The position numbers and the translations under genes were made by a program. DNA of 63,653 nt, counting the filler, from Octopus bimaculoides (lineage: Eukaryota): the NCBI RefSeq assembly GCF_001194135.2. It is 6 parts of 5 records of this genome, joined end to end, with 100 filler letters (N's around TTAATTAATTAA, not from the genome) between each part and the next. Parts side by side here need not be neighbours in the genome. Positions count along the whole stretch, not along the records: positions 22,606 to 34,524 come from NC_069008.1; positions 34,625 to 44,991 come from NC_068981.1; 4 more parts are not named here. One strand, given 5' to 3'. Below the pieces are notes generated by a model. That model saw only the letters and a list, made by a program, of their open reading frames with translations. It made no database searches and was not told the origin of the DNA. Every line of letters begins with the position of its first letter. Position 1 is the first letter of the stretch. Of the stretch, positions 25,815 through 37,819 are shown piece by piece.

Positions 25815-25950
25815 CTGTTGAAGAGCGTAGGCTCAAAATGTAAAAGACTTTCTCACTTCCCGAGCATTAAACTAATACATCTGTTTGTTGTTTACACACC
25901 CGTCTTCATCTTTTGTTCTGGTTTTTTTTTTGTAAATTCCAACTATGTAT
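25815..25950 (+). repeat. Interspersed repeat, probably a Penelope-like terminal repeat fragment (second copy at 57488-57596)
   Basis: Shared GTTGAAGAGCGTAGGCTCGAAACGTAAAAGACTTTCTCAC...; the PLE assignment is inference. Confidence 0.55.
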
Positions 25951-26041
25951 ATATATACGCACACACACACACACACACACATACGCACACACATACATAT
26001 ATGTGCATGTGTACATATATATGTATGTGTGTGTGTGTGTG

Positions 26042-26168
26042 TAGAGTCTGGCCAAAAGTCACGCACCAAGATCAAAACCCAACATATATATATTGTATAA
26101 ATAATGACAACAACATGAGAGAAATAAGTTGTCAACTGTTTTGGTGCATAACTTTTGGCCATCCTGTA
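26042..26168. mobile_element. Tc1-like MITE (~125 bp)
   Basis: TIRs ..TGGCCAAAAGTCACGCACC / GGTGCATAACTTTTGGCCATCCTG, TA-flanked. Confidence 0.7.
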
Positions 26169-26478
26169 TGTATATGTGTGTGCGTGTGTGTATATACGCA
26201 CACATCTATGTAGGTATGTATGTATGTATGCATGTATAAATTTATGAAAAAGAAAAACAAGTGAAGAAGTCCTGTGAAAATGGAAATAAAAAGAAAAACA
26301 GGAATGAAACTGAGAAATGAATATGAAACGCCCTTAGCAAATGGGATTTCCTTCTTTTCCATATAAGGAAAGTAAAATATTGATTTTTTTTTTTTTTATG
26401 GGATGATAAAATATAAATCAATTGTAAATATAATGATACAACAATACATACTTTGAGAGAAAGAAATGACAAGATAAT

Positions 26479-26511
<33 letters not shown>

Positions 26512-26691
26512 ATGAAAGAGAGATAGAATATGGGTGGGGAGTTAGAGTAAGAAAGTCAGTATGTCACATGACTTAACTGTCAGTATATTTAAACAATAGT
26601 TAATGATGTTAGTAATAGATTCTGATATTTGAGTTGAGCAATAAGCATTTACGCCCCAAGAGTATTCATATAAATTGATCTTTATGAGAGG

Positions 26692-26737
<46 letters not shown>

Positions 26738-27130
26738 AAGATAGCCATATAAGGGAGCTAGCTTGTATTTATAATAATAATATGGGTGTGATGTGTTTGT
26801 GAGTGGTGTGTGGGGGTACATATATATATGTGTATATATAATATATATACATATGGTCAGCCCGAGGTTATAGTAGCCTAAGAGCATATTTGTCTAAGGT
26901 ACCATGCAGTGGGACGGAACCCAGAACCTTCTTTCCACATAGATTTCCTATGGCTCAGTACCCTCCCTGTTGTCAACCCTCACCTGTTTCCATGTAAGGT
27001 AATATTTCCCCATGGCTTGACATATTCTCAGAAAAGATTGAGAATTAAAGATGCTGCTTGTATGATGGTTACATTTGTTTACAAGTATCACACAATGTCA
27101 AAGCAAGAAGATAGTCATCACACATACATT

Positions 27131-27172
<42 letters not shown>

Positions 27173-27489
27173 NNNNNNNNNNNNNNNNNNNNNNNNNNNN
27201 NNNNNNNNNNNNNNNNNNNNNNNNNNNNNNNNNNNNNNNNNNNNNNNNNNNNNNNNNNNNNNNNNNNNNNNNNNNNNNNNNNNNNNNNNNNNNNNNNNNN
27301 NNNNNNNNNNNNNNNNNNNNNNNNNNNNNNNNNNNNNNNNNNNNNNNNNNNNNNNNNNNNNNNNNNNNNNNNNNNNNNNNNNNNNNNNNNNNNNNNNNNN
27401 NNNNNNNNNNNNNNNNNNNNNNNNNNNNNNNNNNNNNNNNNNNNNNNNNNNNNNNNNNNNNNNNNNNNNNNNNNNNNNNNNNNNNNNNN

Positions 27490-27536
27490 AAAATCAATTC
27501 TATTCAAAAATATAGCTAATCTTCAGGTCAAAATAC

Positions 27537-27582
<46 letters not shown>

Positions 27583-27674
27583 TGAATGTTTATATAACGA
27601 CTAACAATAGACATCAAATGAATTATTGTATTTTGACCTGAAGATTAGCTATATTTTTGAATAGAATTGATTTT
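27490..27674. repeat. Perfect 53-bp inverted repeat around a 79-bp (TAA)n-containing spacer
   Basis: 27490-27542 is the exact reverse complement of 27622-27674; the left arm starts at a gap edge. Confidence 0.85.
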
Positions 27675-27932
27675 CATATATATATATATATATACATAAT
27701 CAAAATAAGCAACAAGGATATCCAAAATTAAAGCAGTACGATCGTTTCATGCGACTCCATTTATTTAAGTAATGTGAACATTACATCAAATGTAAAATGC
27801 AGAGCAATCCTCAGCTGCATAAAGATATAGAAATTTACTCAAATTTCATTTCAACAGAAGGACATATTTTTGTATTCAGATGCTGTCTCATCTGAAGAAA
27901 TTGATGATATTTGCCTTTCTATATTACTAACT

Positions 27933-28195
27933 GTGGAGGCGCGTGGCTTAGTGGTTAGGGAGTCAGCACCATGATTGCAAGATTGTGGTTTCGATTCCTG
28001 GACCGGGCGACGCGTTGTGTTCTTGAGTAAAACACTTCATTTCACGTGGCTCCAGTCCACTCAGCTGGCAAAAATGAGTAACACTGCAATGGACTGGCAT
28101 CCCGTCCAGCTGGGGGGAACACGTACGCCATAGAAACCGGGAAACTGGGCCCATGAGCCTGGCTAGGCTTTAAAAGGGCACATTTATTTTTATTA
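27933..28195 (+). mobile_element. SINE family C, full length, with 13-bp TSD
   Basis: A box TGGCTTAGTGG, B box GTTTCGATTCC, (TTTA)-type tail; TATATTACTAACT at 27920-27932 and 28196-28208. Confidence 0.9.
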
Positions 28196-28728
28196 TATAT
28201 TACTAACTAGATTCTTACGAATTACAAGTGGAGGATTAGATTCTTTGCTAATATAACAGCTTTTCATTGGGATTATGGCAGTGTTTAAATTCATTTAATT
28301 GCAAATCTAAGTTGATATCTAAAAAAATATATGTTACTAAGGTTACTATTGTAATCCTTGAGTCCATTCTTTGGAAGGAAGTAATCAGATCCTTATTAAG
28401 TGTATTTAACTCATGGCCATTTGAATTATGAGTGACTATAAGATAATCCTGTATAATCCGGCATCTATAAAAGGGAATTCCAGATGTAGATTATGCAAAA
28501 TATAAGTTCCTATAAGCATACACAACTCTGCCTCATCATATGTCCCCATCAGTACATCGAAAAGAGAATCCCCGCTCTTTTTGACCCAGGTGGAATCATT
28601 GTTAAAAACAAGGGATTTCCTTGCATGCAGGATAATGTTTATTTGAGCTATCGATGGTGATATACCGCTTGGCGAAGTCTGATGTTTTTAGAAGCAAAGG
28701 CCTAATGGGGCAGAGTTGTGTATGTTTA

Positions 28729-28948
28729 TACTCTCTTTTACTCTTTTACTTGTTTCAGTCATTTGACTGTGGCCATGCTGGAGCACCGCCTTTAGTCGAG
28801 CAAATCGACCCCAGGACTTATTCTTTGGATGCCTAGTATTTATTCTGCTATAGTAGAAGACACTTGCCCAAGGTACCATGCAGTGGGACTGAACCTGGAA
28901 CCATGTGGTTGGTAAGCAAGCTACTTACCACGCAGCCACTCCTGCGCC
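28729..28948 (-). mobile_element. SINE family A with a large internal deletion removing the microsatellite
   Basis: Junction TATTCT|GCTATAGTAG relative to full copies. Confidence 0.85.
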
Positions 28949-29408
28949 TTATAGGAACTTATATTTTGCTACTTTACCTCTGGTATTCGAATACTATTTT
29001 TTCCACCTTGTTTCATATTTATGTGCTTACTCTGGTATATATATATNNNNNNNNNNNNNNNNNNNNNNNNNNNNNNNNNNNNNNNNNNNNNNNNNNNNNN
29101 NNNNNNNNNNNNNNNNNNNNNNNNNNNNNNNNNNNNNNNNNNNNNNNNNNNNNNNNNNNNNNNNNNNNNNNNNNNNNNNNNNNNNNNNNNNNNNNNNNNN
29201 NNNNNNNNNNNNNNNNNNNNNNNNNNNNNNNNNNNNNNNNNNNNNNNNNNNNNNNNNNNNNNNNNNNNNNNNNNNNNNNNNNNNNNNNNNNNNNNNNNNN
29301 NNNNNNNNNNNNNNNNNNNNNNNNNNNNNNNNNNNNNNNNNNNNNNNNNNNNNNNNNNNNNNNNNNNNNNNNNNNNNNNNNNNNNNNNNNNNNNNNNNNN
29401 NNNNNNNN

Positions 29409-29459
<51 letters not shown>

Positions 29460-29463
<4 letters not shown>

Positions 29464-29588
29464 GGGGTGCTGCAAAGTTCCTGGCTTTGGGTAAAAGAAA
29501 GTACAGGAGGATTGGTTAATTATGATTTTATTCAACATGTTCCCCTCTCAAATTCACATACTTATTGCAGTGGTCCTTCTGTTTTTCT
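29460..29588 (+). mobile_element. Mariner-type terminal fragment (second copy at 44917-44991)
   Basis: Shared (TACGA)GGGTGT.CTGAAAAGTTCCTGGCTTTG.GTAAAAGAAA; TA-started TIR-like end in the 44917 copy. Confidence 0.6.
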
Positions 29589-29921
29589 GAAAGGATGAAA
29601 GGCAAAGTGGACCACAGTGGGATTTGAACTCAGAACATAAAAATGGATGAAATGTCTCTAAACACTTTGTCATGTGTGCTAATGATTCTGCTCATTTGCT
29701 GTCCTAATCATTAATGAATATTGATTTCAAATCTTGGTACAAGGCCAGTAATTTCATTGGAAGGGTTAAGTCAATTATACTGACCCCAGTATTCAACTGG
29801 TACTTATTATATGAACCCCAAAAGGAGACCTTGGTGGGATTTGAACTCAGAACATAAAAACGGATGAAATGCTACCGAACATTTTGCTATGCGTGCTAAT
29901 GGTTCTGGCACCTCAATGCCC
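29589..29921 (-). mobile_element. Two tandem degenerate family B SINE copies
   Basis: GGGATTTGAACTCAGAACATAAAAA occurs twice, each copy followed by CTAATCATTAAT(G/A)AATATTGAT. Confidence 0.7.
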
Positions 29922-30944
29922 TAATCATTAATAAATATTGATATTTATTAATAACAGCTACCCTAATTGATTAATAGACCATGTCATATGACCACATGAT
30001 TATACAATGAAAAAAAAAATCAGCGACACTAATACAACAGCTGTAACAGCAACTACTAAAAGTACATACAAGTGCTGCTGTGTAACTAAGAACATCGCTT
30101 CACAAGCAACAACACTTAGGTTCAGTTCCACTACACAGCACGTTGGGCAAGTGTTGTTTTCTACAATGGTCCTGGGCTGATGAATGCCTTATGAGTGAAT
30201 TTAGTAGACAGAAACTGAGTGGAAGCCCATAGTGTGTGTGTGTGTGTGTGCATGTATGTGTATGTGTGTATGTGTATAATATAAACCAGCCCTTGTGAGT
30301 CAGTATGACTTGAGAAGGTAATGTTATCTTTATCTTTTTTTTTTTTACTCCCCAATGACAAAAACAAGCAGAAGATAAAAAAATGAAACAAACCACATGT
30401 ATTGTATGCAATAAGTACAAGAGGCACTCTGATTTTAAAACAGATGATTATGTCATTGAAAAACTCATAACATTGAGTATTCTGTCAAATGTAATGCTTA
30501 TTTATTCACATTATTTTGTATTAATCATGGATTATGTTGTAGCCTTGAGATTTCGATTATATTTCAGTATAATTTTTAGATGAACATTGTACGGTAAGTG
30601 TGAGAGGCTGGATCTGGCCTGTTTTTACATAAAACAGGAAGAATATTTTGGTCATATATGGTCTATTTAAATGCTAAAGGGTTAAGTAATATCACAATAA
30701 TATCAGAATGCAAAACTCATTATTATTATTCTGATACCATAAACTAATAAATCACAGAATCTAATTCTGACAACCAAAGTGAACAGGAAAGTTGCAAACT
30801 TCATGACTGAAACTGTTACATTGGACACACAGGTACAACACTTTTTCATCAGTTGACCATGTGTTAACAAGAATGGTCTTTGTTTTGCGAATTACTTATT
30901 GACCTTGCTGATGCCCTGTAAACAGCATCTAGCCCACACTGTAA

Positions 30945-31198
30945 AGTGGTTGGTGTTTGGAAGGGGATCCAGCTGTCAAAACTGTGCTAAACTAGACTTT
31001 GCCAGTACTGGTGCCATGTAAAAAGCACTCAGTCCATTTTATAAAGTGGTTGACATTAGGAAAGGCAACTAGCTATAAAGGCCATACTGAAACAGATGGT
31101 GAAGCCTGGTGCAGTCTTCTGACTCACCAGCTTCTTTCAAACCGTCGAAATGTCCAACCCATGCTAGTATGGAAAACAGTCATTAAATTATGATGTGT

Positions 31199-31258
<60 letters not shown>

Positions 31259-31262
31259 GTGA
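30945..31262 (+). mobile_element. Repeat family E 3' end (AGGAAGGGCATCCAGC..CCAACCCATGCTAG) with (GAT)n tail
   Basis: Similar to 35749, 40177, 41618 and 43345. Confidence 0.75.
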
Positions 31263-31879
31263 TGGTGAGCTATTGCAATTCCTTACAATGCAGGAGATAA
31301 AATAAAATCAGAAAAAAAAAACATCAGTTGACAGTTCTATAATTTTCTAGAGAATTTCGCAAAAAATAAAGAAACAAAAATCTCTGGAAGCTTCAATAAT
31401 AACAAAATTGTAGAAGTCAATGAGTGACCAAGTAAGACCATTCCTTAAACTCAATAAGTCTATGCAAACATTCCAAGAGTCCAAAAAAGTTCCTGTGCAT
31501 GGATTTGTTTTCTGTGTGTAAAGTGTTGCACTGCACTGAACTCGATTGTCGGTGTAATCAGCTTCAAAACTAGTGGCCCAAAGGACGTTCCCTCTCAGGG
31601 GTTTACTTGCTACTTAACCCATGGCAGGGTCCCTACAGGTGCTACTATTCTGGGTTAGTGTAGACCTTGGAAAAACCGTGGCTAACAGGTGGTTCCACCC
31701 TCCTCAAGACACCAGAATTTCTGTATCAAGTTCCCACTATGAGATGCAGTTTAAAGTCATATCCAGGAGATAAAAACAATATAGGCACTTAAATTAAATC
31801 TAAAAATAGACTCTTAAATTAAACATAAAGTTATACCTCACAATGCTTCGCCAAAGCTACCACATTTTAAACATAATTA

Positions 31880-32133
31880 TACAGGGTGCCCACAAGGTCT
31901 GGGTACATGGAGTAAATAAAATCATAGCATAAACAATTAAATATAAGAAATAATAATTTCTTAAAGTATAGGCGCAGGAGTGGCTGTGTGGTAAGTAGCT
32001 TGCTTACCAACCACATGGTTCCGGGGTCATTCCCACTGCCTGGCACCTTGGGCAAGTGTCTTCTACTATAGCCTCGGGCCGACCAAAGCCTTGTGAGTGG
32101 ATTTGGTAGATGGAAACTGAAAGAAGCCTGTCG

Positions 32134-32208
<75 letters not shown>

Positions 32209-32495
32209 TTGTGTGTCTGTGTTTGTCCCCCCATCATTGCTTGACAACCGATGCTGGTGTGTTTACATCCCCATAACTTAGCGGTTCAGCAAAAAGAGAC
32301 CGATAGAATAAGTACTAGGCTTACAAAGAAGAAGTCCTGGGGTCGATTTGCTCGACTAAAGGTGGTGCTCCAGCATGGCCGCAGTCAAATGACTGAAATA
32401 AGCAAAAGAGTAAAAGAGTATATATATATAAGAAATAATAATTTCTTAAGGTATATGTTAATCCTCATGTACCCAGACTTTGTGGACACCCTGTA
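31880..32495. mobile_element. Tc1-like MITE (~127 bp, 28-bp TIRs, TA flanks) interrupted by a SINE
   Basis: CAGGGTGCCCACAAGGTCTGGGTACATG vs reverse complement CAGGGTGTCCACAAAGTCTGGGTACATG. Confidence 0.85.
31971..32425 (+). mobile_element. SINE family A, full length, with 30-bp TSD
   Basis: 31941-31970 and 32426-32455 are identical except for one base. Confidence 0.92.
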
Positions 32496-33905
32496 TATTA
32501 CAAGTAAAATAAACAATGTAATCTACCCAGAGTTAACAATAGAATAATTTTCTAATCAAGCATTGATGATTTCATCTGTCATAACATTATATCTATGACC
32601 CTTTGCAACCATCAGCAAACTGTGCAAACAGCTGTTGTTCCCTTGCTATCATTTCATACAGATGCTGAAAATGAGAAGGCATTATTACGCTAAAGCGCTA
32701 ATAGATTTGATAATGTTATTGCTCCAGATAGACCAAAGATTAAAGATTAATGAAGAAATATGGAAAAATCCTTAATAAAAATAATCAAGCGTTAACATAG
32801 ATATGGCTTTAATATAATATGTTTGAAAGGAAAAGCTGTTCTCTATGTGCAAAGACATGCCTACAACCACATTTATTCACACACATATGCAAGCATATAT
32901 ATGTGTGTGTATATGCATATGCTTACATATGTATATCTATATATGTAGATATATGTATGTGTATATATATATACATACATACATACTTTATATATATATA
33001 TATGAATATATATGGCTATATACATATACACACAAAGAGATATATTATAGATGCATGTACATAATATATATATATATAATATATTTATATACATATACAA
33101 ATATATATATATATGTATATAAACATNNNNNNNNNNNNNNNNNNNNNNNNNNNNNNNNNNNNNNNNNNNNNNNNNNNNNNNNNNNNNNNNNNNNNNNNNN
33201 NNNNNNNNNNNNNNNNNNNNNNNNNNNNNNNNNNNNNNNNNNNNNNNNNNNNNNNNNNNNNNNNNNNNNNNNNNNNNNNNNNNNNNNNNNNNNNNNNNNN
33301 NNNNNNNNNNNNNNNNNNNNNNNNNNNNNNNNNNNNNNNNNNNNNNNNNNNNNNNNNNNNNNNNNNNNNNNNNNNNNNNNNNNNNNNNNNNNNNNNNNNN
33401 NNNNNNNNNNNNNNNNNNNNNNNNNNNNNNNNNNNNNNNNNNNNNNNNNNNNNNNNNNNNNNNNNNNNNNNNNNNNNNNNNNNNNNNNNNNNNNNNNNNN
33501 NNNNNNNNNNNNNNNNNNNNNNNNNNNNNNNNNNNNNNNNNNNNNNNNNNNNNNNNNNNNNNNNNNNNNNNNNNNNNNNNNNNNNNNNNNNNNNNNNNNN
33601 NNNNNNNNNNNNNNNNNNNNNNNNNNNNNNNNNNNNNNNNNNNNNNNNNNNNNNNNNNNNNNNNNNNNNNNNNNNNNNNNNNNNNNNNNNNNNNNNNNNN
33701 NNNNNNNNNNNNNNNNNNNNNNNNNNNNNNNNNNNNNNNNNNNNNNNNNNNNNNNNNNNNNNNNNNNNNNNNNNNNNNNNNNNNNNNNNNNNNNNNNNNN
33801 NNNNNNNNNNNNNNNNNNNNNNNNNNNNNNNNNNNNNNNNNNNNNNNNNNNNNNNNNNNNNNNNNNNNNNNNNNNNNNNNNNNNNNNNNNNNNNNNNNNN
33901 NNNNA

Positions 33906-33936
<31 letters not shown>

Positions 33937-34036
33937 GCACACATACACCTACATAAATATGTATGTATATGTATGTTTATATGAACATTACGTACTGCAA
34001 ATGGCAATCCACAAACAAAATCCAACTTAAGCTTAC

Positions 34037-34118
34037 CTACCGCACACTCATAAAACATCAGCCAGGACTTGACACCTTCCGAGTTGATTGCATTGCGTAG
34101 CCAATGAACCGAAGACTG
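34037..34118 (-). CDS. Candidate 82-nt exon (QSSVHWLRNAINSEGVKSWLMFYECAV), phase 0-1
   Basis: TTTTATTGCTGACAG| acceptor, G|GTAAGC donor, open frame; no homology recognised. Confidence 0.3.
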
Positions 34119-34624
34119 CTGTCAGCAATAAAATCTACCCTGGGTACATCTACAATGTCTCCAAGTATGTCATACTTCGAGACATGATATGACAAGTCTG
34201 ATTGACTACTGTGTCCGTCTGTCAATAAAGCCAACACTCTCGGTACCTGGCTTGCATTGTCCTATTATCGATATCAAAGCTAGTTCAAATGAGTTATTGA
34301 AGTCCTGGTTGCATGAGTGTGTATGTTGTATGGGTGCTTGTGTGTGTGCTTGTGTGCGTGTATGTTGTGTGTGTGTGTGTGTGTGTGATAGAGAGAGAGT
34401 GGTGGTGTTAGTGTCTTTCTTGTGTCACATCCTTTCACAATCTGTGTGTGAGCGTATATTTGGATGTTTGTGCTTGTGTATTACATATATAAATATATGT
34501 ATATAATGCTTACATGTTGTATGCNNNNNNNNNNNNNNNNNNNNNNNNNNNNNNNNNNNNNNNNNNNNTTAATTAATTAANNNNNNNNNNNNNNNNNNNN
34601 NNNNNNNNNNNNNNNNNNNNNNNN

Positions 34625-34765
34625 ATACATATCTATATATATATGACGACGTTCTTTCAGTTTCCATCTACCAAATCCACTCACAAGGCTTTGCTTGGTC
34701 TGAAGCCATAGTAGAAGACACTTGCCAAAGGTGCCATGCAGTGAGACTGAACCCGGAACCATGTG
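34625..34765 (-). mobile_element. SINE family A 5' part
   Basis: Matches the family A body. Confidence 0.8.
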
Positions 34766-35224
34766 ATGACAGGTTACTAAAGCAATTGTTTTGCAAGGAG
34801 TTGCAATGTGGTAGACATCTGAGACATAAATGTAAGAAACGTTTTAGGGGTTCTGTCAAAAGCAATGTTAGGGTGTTCTTAGTGTGAATGTTGAAGGGCA
34901 GGAGCAGATGATGGGAAGGGGATTAGTTTGGAAAGAAGGGATTTACAATTGTGCTCAAAAAGGAGCACTTTGTATACAGAGTATAACTTCAATCCCTGTC
35001 ATTTTTCTGTCTGAACATCTGGAAATGGTTCTAATATCTGCATGCATACATGCACGCATGCACATGTGCAAACACACACATGTATTGTTTGATAAGCGCA
35101 AATGTATGAAACACTTGACTCTTGAGTCATTCTGTTGCTTCTGCTAAATATCAATAAAAAAATTATACATGTACTCATGCTTTGGTTTCATACATACATA
35201 TATATTTATGTACACACACACATG

Positions 35225-35256
<32 letters not shown>

Positions 35257-35325
35257 GACAATACACACACACATGTACATATATATATATAGACAATATA
35301 TATGTATACAAACTAACATACATAC

Positions 35326-35368
<43 letters not shown>

Positions 35369-35423
35369 ATATATATATATATAGACAATATATATATATA
35401 TAGACAATATAAAAATATAGACA

Positions 35424-35502
<79 letters not shown>

Positions 35503-35718
35503 ATATTATTATTATTATTTGCTTTATCTTTATAACCAAATAAATACATATACATATGTGTATATCTATCTATCTATCTATCTATCTCGTTTGTAAAAGA
35601 CATAAATCCAAAATAAGCACAGGCTTTTGGGATCTGATGATATGCCATAAAGCTAAACCCTTTATGGATGGGAAACCTAAGGCAATCCCATAAACTGGCC
35701 TTCCCCATTTTTATATTT

Positions 35719-35748
<30 letters not shown>

Positions 35749-35749
<1 letters not shown>

Positions 35750-35923
35750 CTCTCGGAGTGGTTGGCGTTAGGAAGGATATCCAGCTGTAGAAACTCTGCC
35801 AACTCAGATTGGTGCCTGGTGTAGCCATCTGGTTCGCCAGTCCTTAGTCAAATCGTCCAACCCATGCTAGCATGGAAAGCAGACGTTAAACGATGATGAT
35901 GATGATGAGATGATGATGATGAT
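35749..35923 (+). mobile_element. Repeat family E 3' end with (GAT)n tail
   Basis: CTCTCGGAGTGGTTGGCGTTAGGAAGG..GACGTTAAACGATGATG. Confidence 0.85.
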
Positions 35924-36397
35924 TTCTGACAATTTCACTCTCCTATATTTCACTCTCAAGGCATTGGTAAGCTTTACTAGAAAAATATAGCAGATAAACC
36001 TTGCACAAAATGCCATGCAATAGGACTGAACCCAACACACGCAGATGGGAAGTGAACATATTAACCAGAAAGCTTCTTTACATATACTAAATATTTTTCT
36101 CACAGAATATGAGTGAAAGAGGCAAGGAAAACCTCAGCAGGTTTAGTAAAGAGTATGTTTCAACAATTAATTATTTGATATGCAGATATCCCGCTATTAC
36201 ACTGACCAAAGAGACAAGCATATTCCAGCATATTTATATTATGAGGCTGAAATATTTTTACTTTTTTATCATTTGCCTATATTAAACATATTATGTTTCC
36301 TTAGTTACCATGACGTAGCTAATGCAAGTGTGCTTATTTTAAATCTGTTGATTGCACTATTTTCTTTGAGTGATAAAGTTACATTTATGTTTTCATT

Positions 36398-36660
<263 letters not shown>

Positions 36661-36966
36661 TATGTCTATGTGCGCGCGTGTGTGTGTGTGCGTGTGCATT
36701 TATATATTTTTTACACACACACATACACACACACATATACACACATATATGTTTTAAACAATATGCTGTATATGTATATATATTTCTCTATATGTAGCTT
36801 TTATGTGTGGGTGTGTCTGTCGACACATATTTATATACATATGAAAATACTTATGCATGAATATTTATATCACTATATATACATGCACAACCATACACAC
36901 ACACATAGCACATATATACAAACACATATACATATATATAAATATATACATATGTATGCATGTGTA

Positions 36967-37061
<95 letters not shown>

Positions 37062-37075
37062 GTAGATAGACAGAT

Positions 37076-37471
37076 ATTCTTTTATTCTTTTATTCGTTTC
37101 AGTCATTTGATTGTGGCCATGCTGGAGTACCGCCTTTAGTCAAGCAAATCGACCCCAGGATTTATTCTTTGTAAGCCAAGTACTTATTCAATCGGTCTCT
37201 TTGTGCCAAACTGCTAAGTTACGGGGACGTAAACATACCAACATCAATTGTCAAGCAATGGTGGGGGGACAAGCACAGATGCACAGACACAAACATACAC
37301 ATACACACACACACACACACAGACACACATATACGACGGGATTCTTTCAGTTTCCATCAACCAAATCCACTCACAAGGCTTTGGTTGGCCCGAGGCTATA
37401 GTAGAAGACACTTGCCCAAGGTGCCACGCAGTGGGACTGAACCTGGAACTATGTGGTTGGTAAGCAAGCTA
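37076..37471 (-). mobile_element. SINE family A, near full length
   Basis: Reverse complement of the family A sequence. Confidence 0.88.
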
Positions 37472-37819
37472 TTTTATTTCATTCAATTTGCCATCAAGGC
37501 ATTGCATAGAAGTAGTAGCTGTGGGCTAGACAAAAACATTAATGAGATGAATGATGAAAAAAATGGTATTAATGAGAGAAGGCAGACGACGCCTGCTGAT
37601 TGCTGCTTCTCTAAAACATCATTCTTTTACAAAACACACAATTTGAGGTAATAAACCTCTTACTAATGTTCCGTTGGACACAAGGTCCTTACAATGAGGC
37701 ACTAAGCCTCTTACCAAAAATAACACAATGTGCTTACAAATGAGACACTAGGCCTCTTACATTTTCTGTTATGGGCTATATGCCCTTTCAGTATGAGGCA
37801 CTCAGCCTCTTAATTTTTA

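Noticed and set aside
27933-28005. SINE heads as tRNA genes
   Set aside because: A and B boxes are present but there is no acceptor-stem pairing, and they run on into repeat bodies.
37694-37812. CRISPR-like repeat-spacer pattern (also 60133-60420)
   Set aside because: Eukaryotic context, no cas genes, only 3-5 degenerate units with irregular or homologous spacers.
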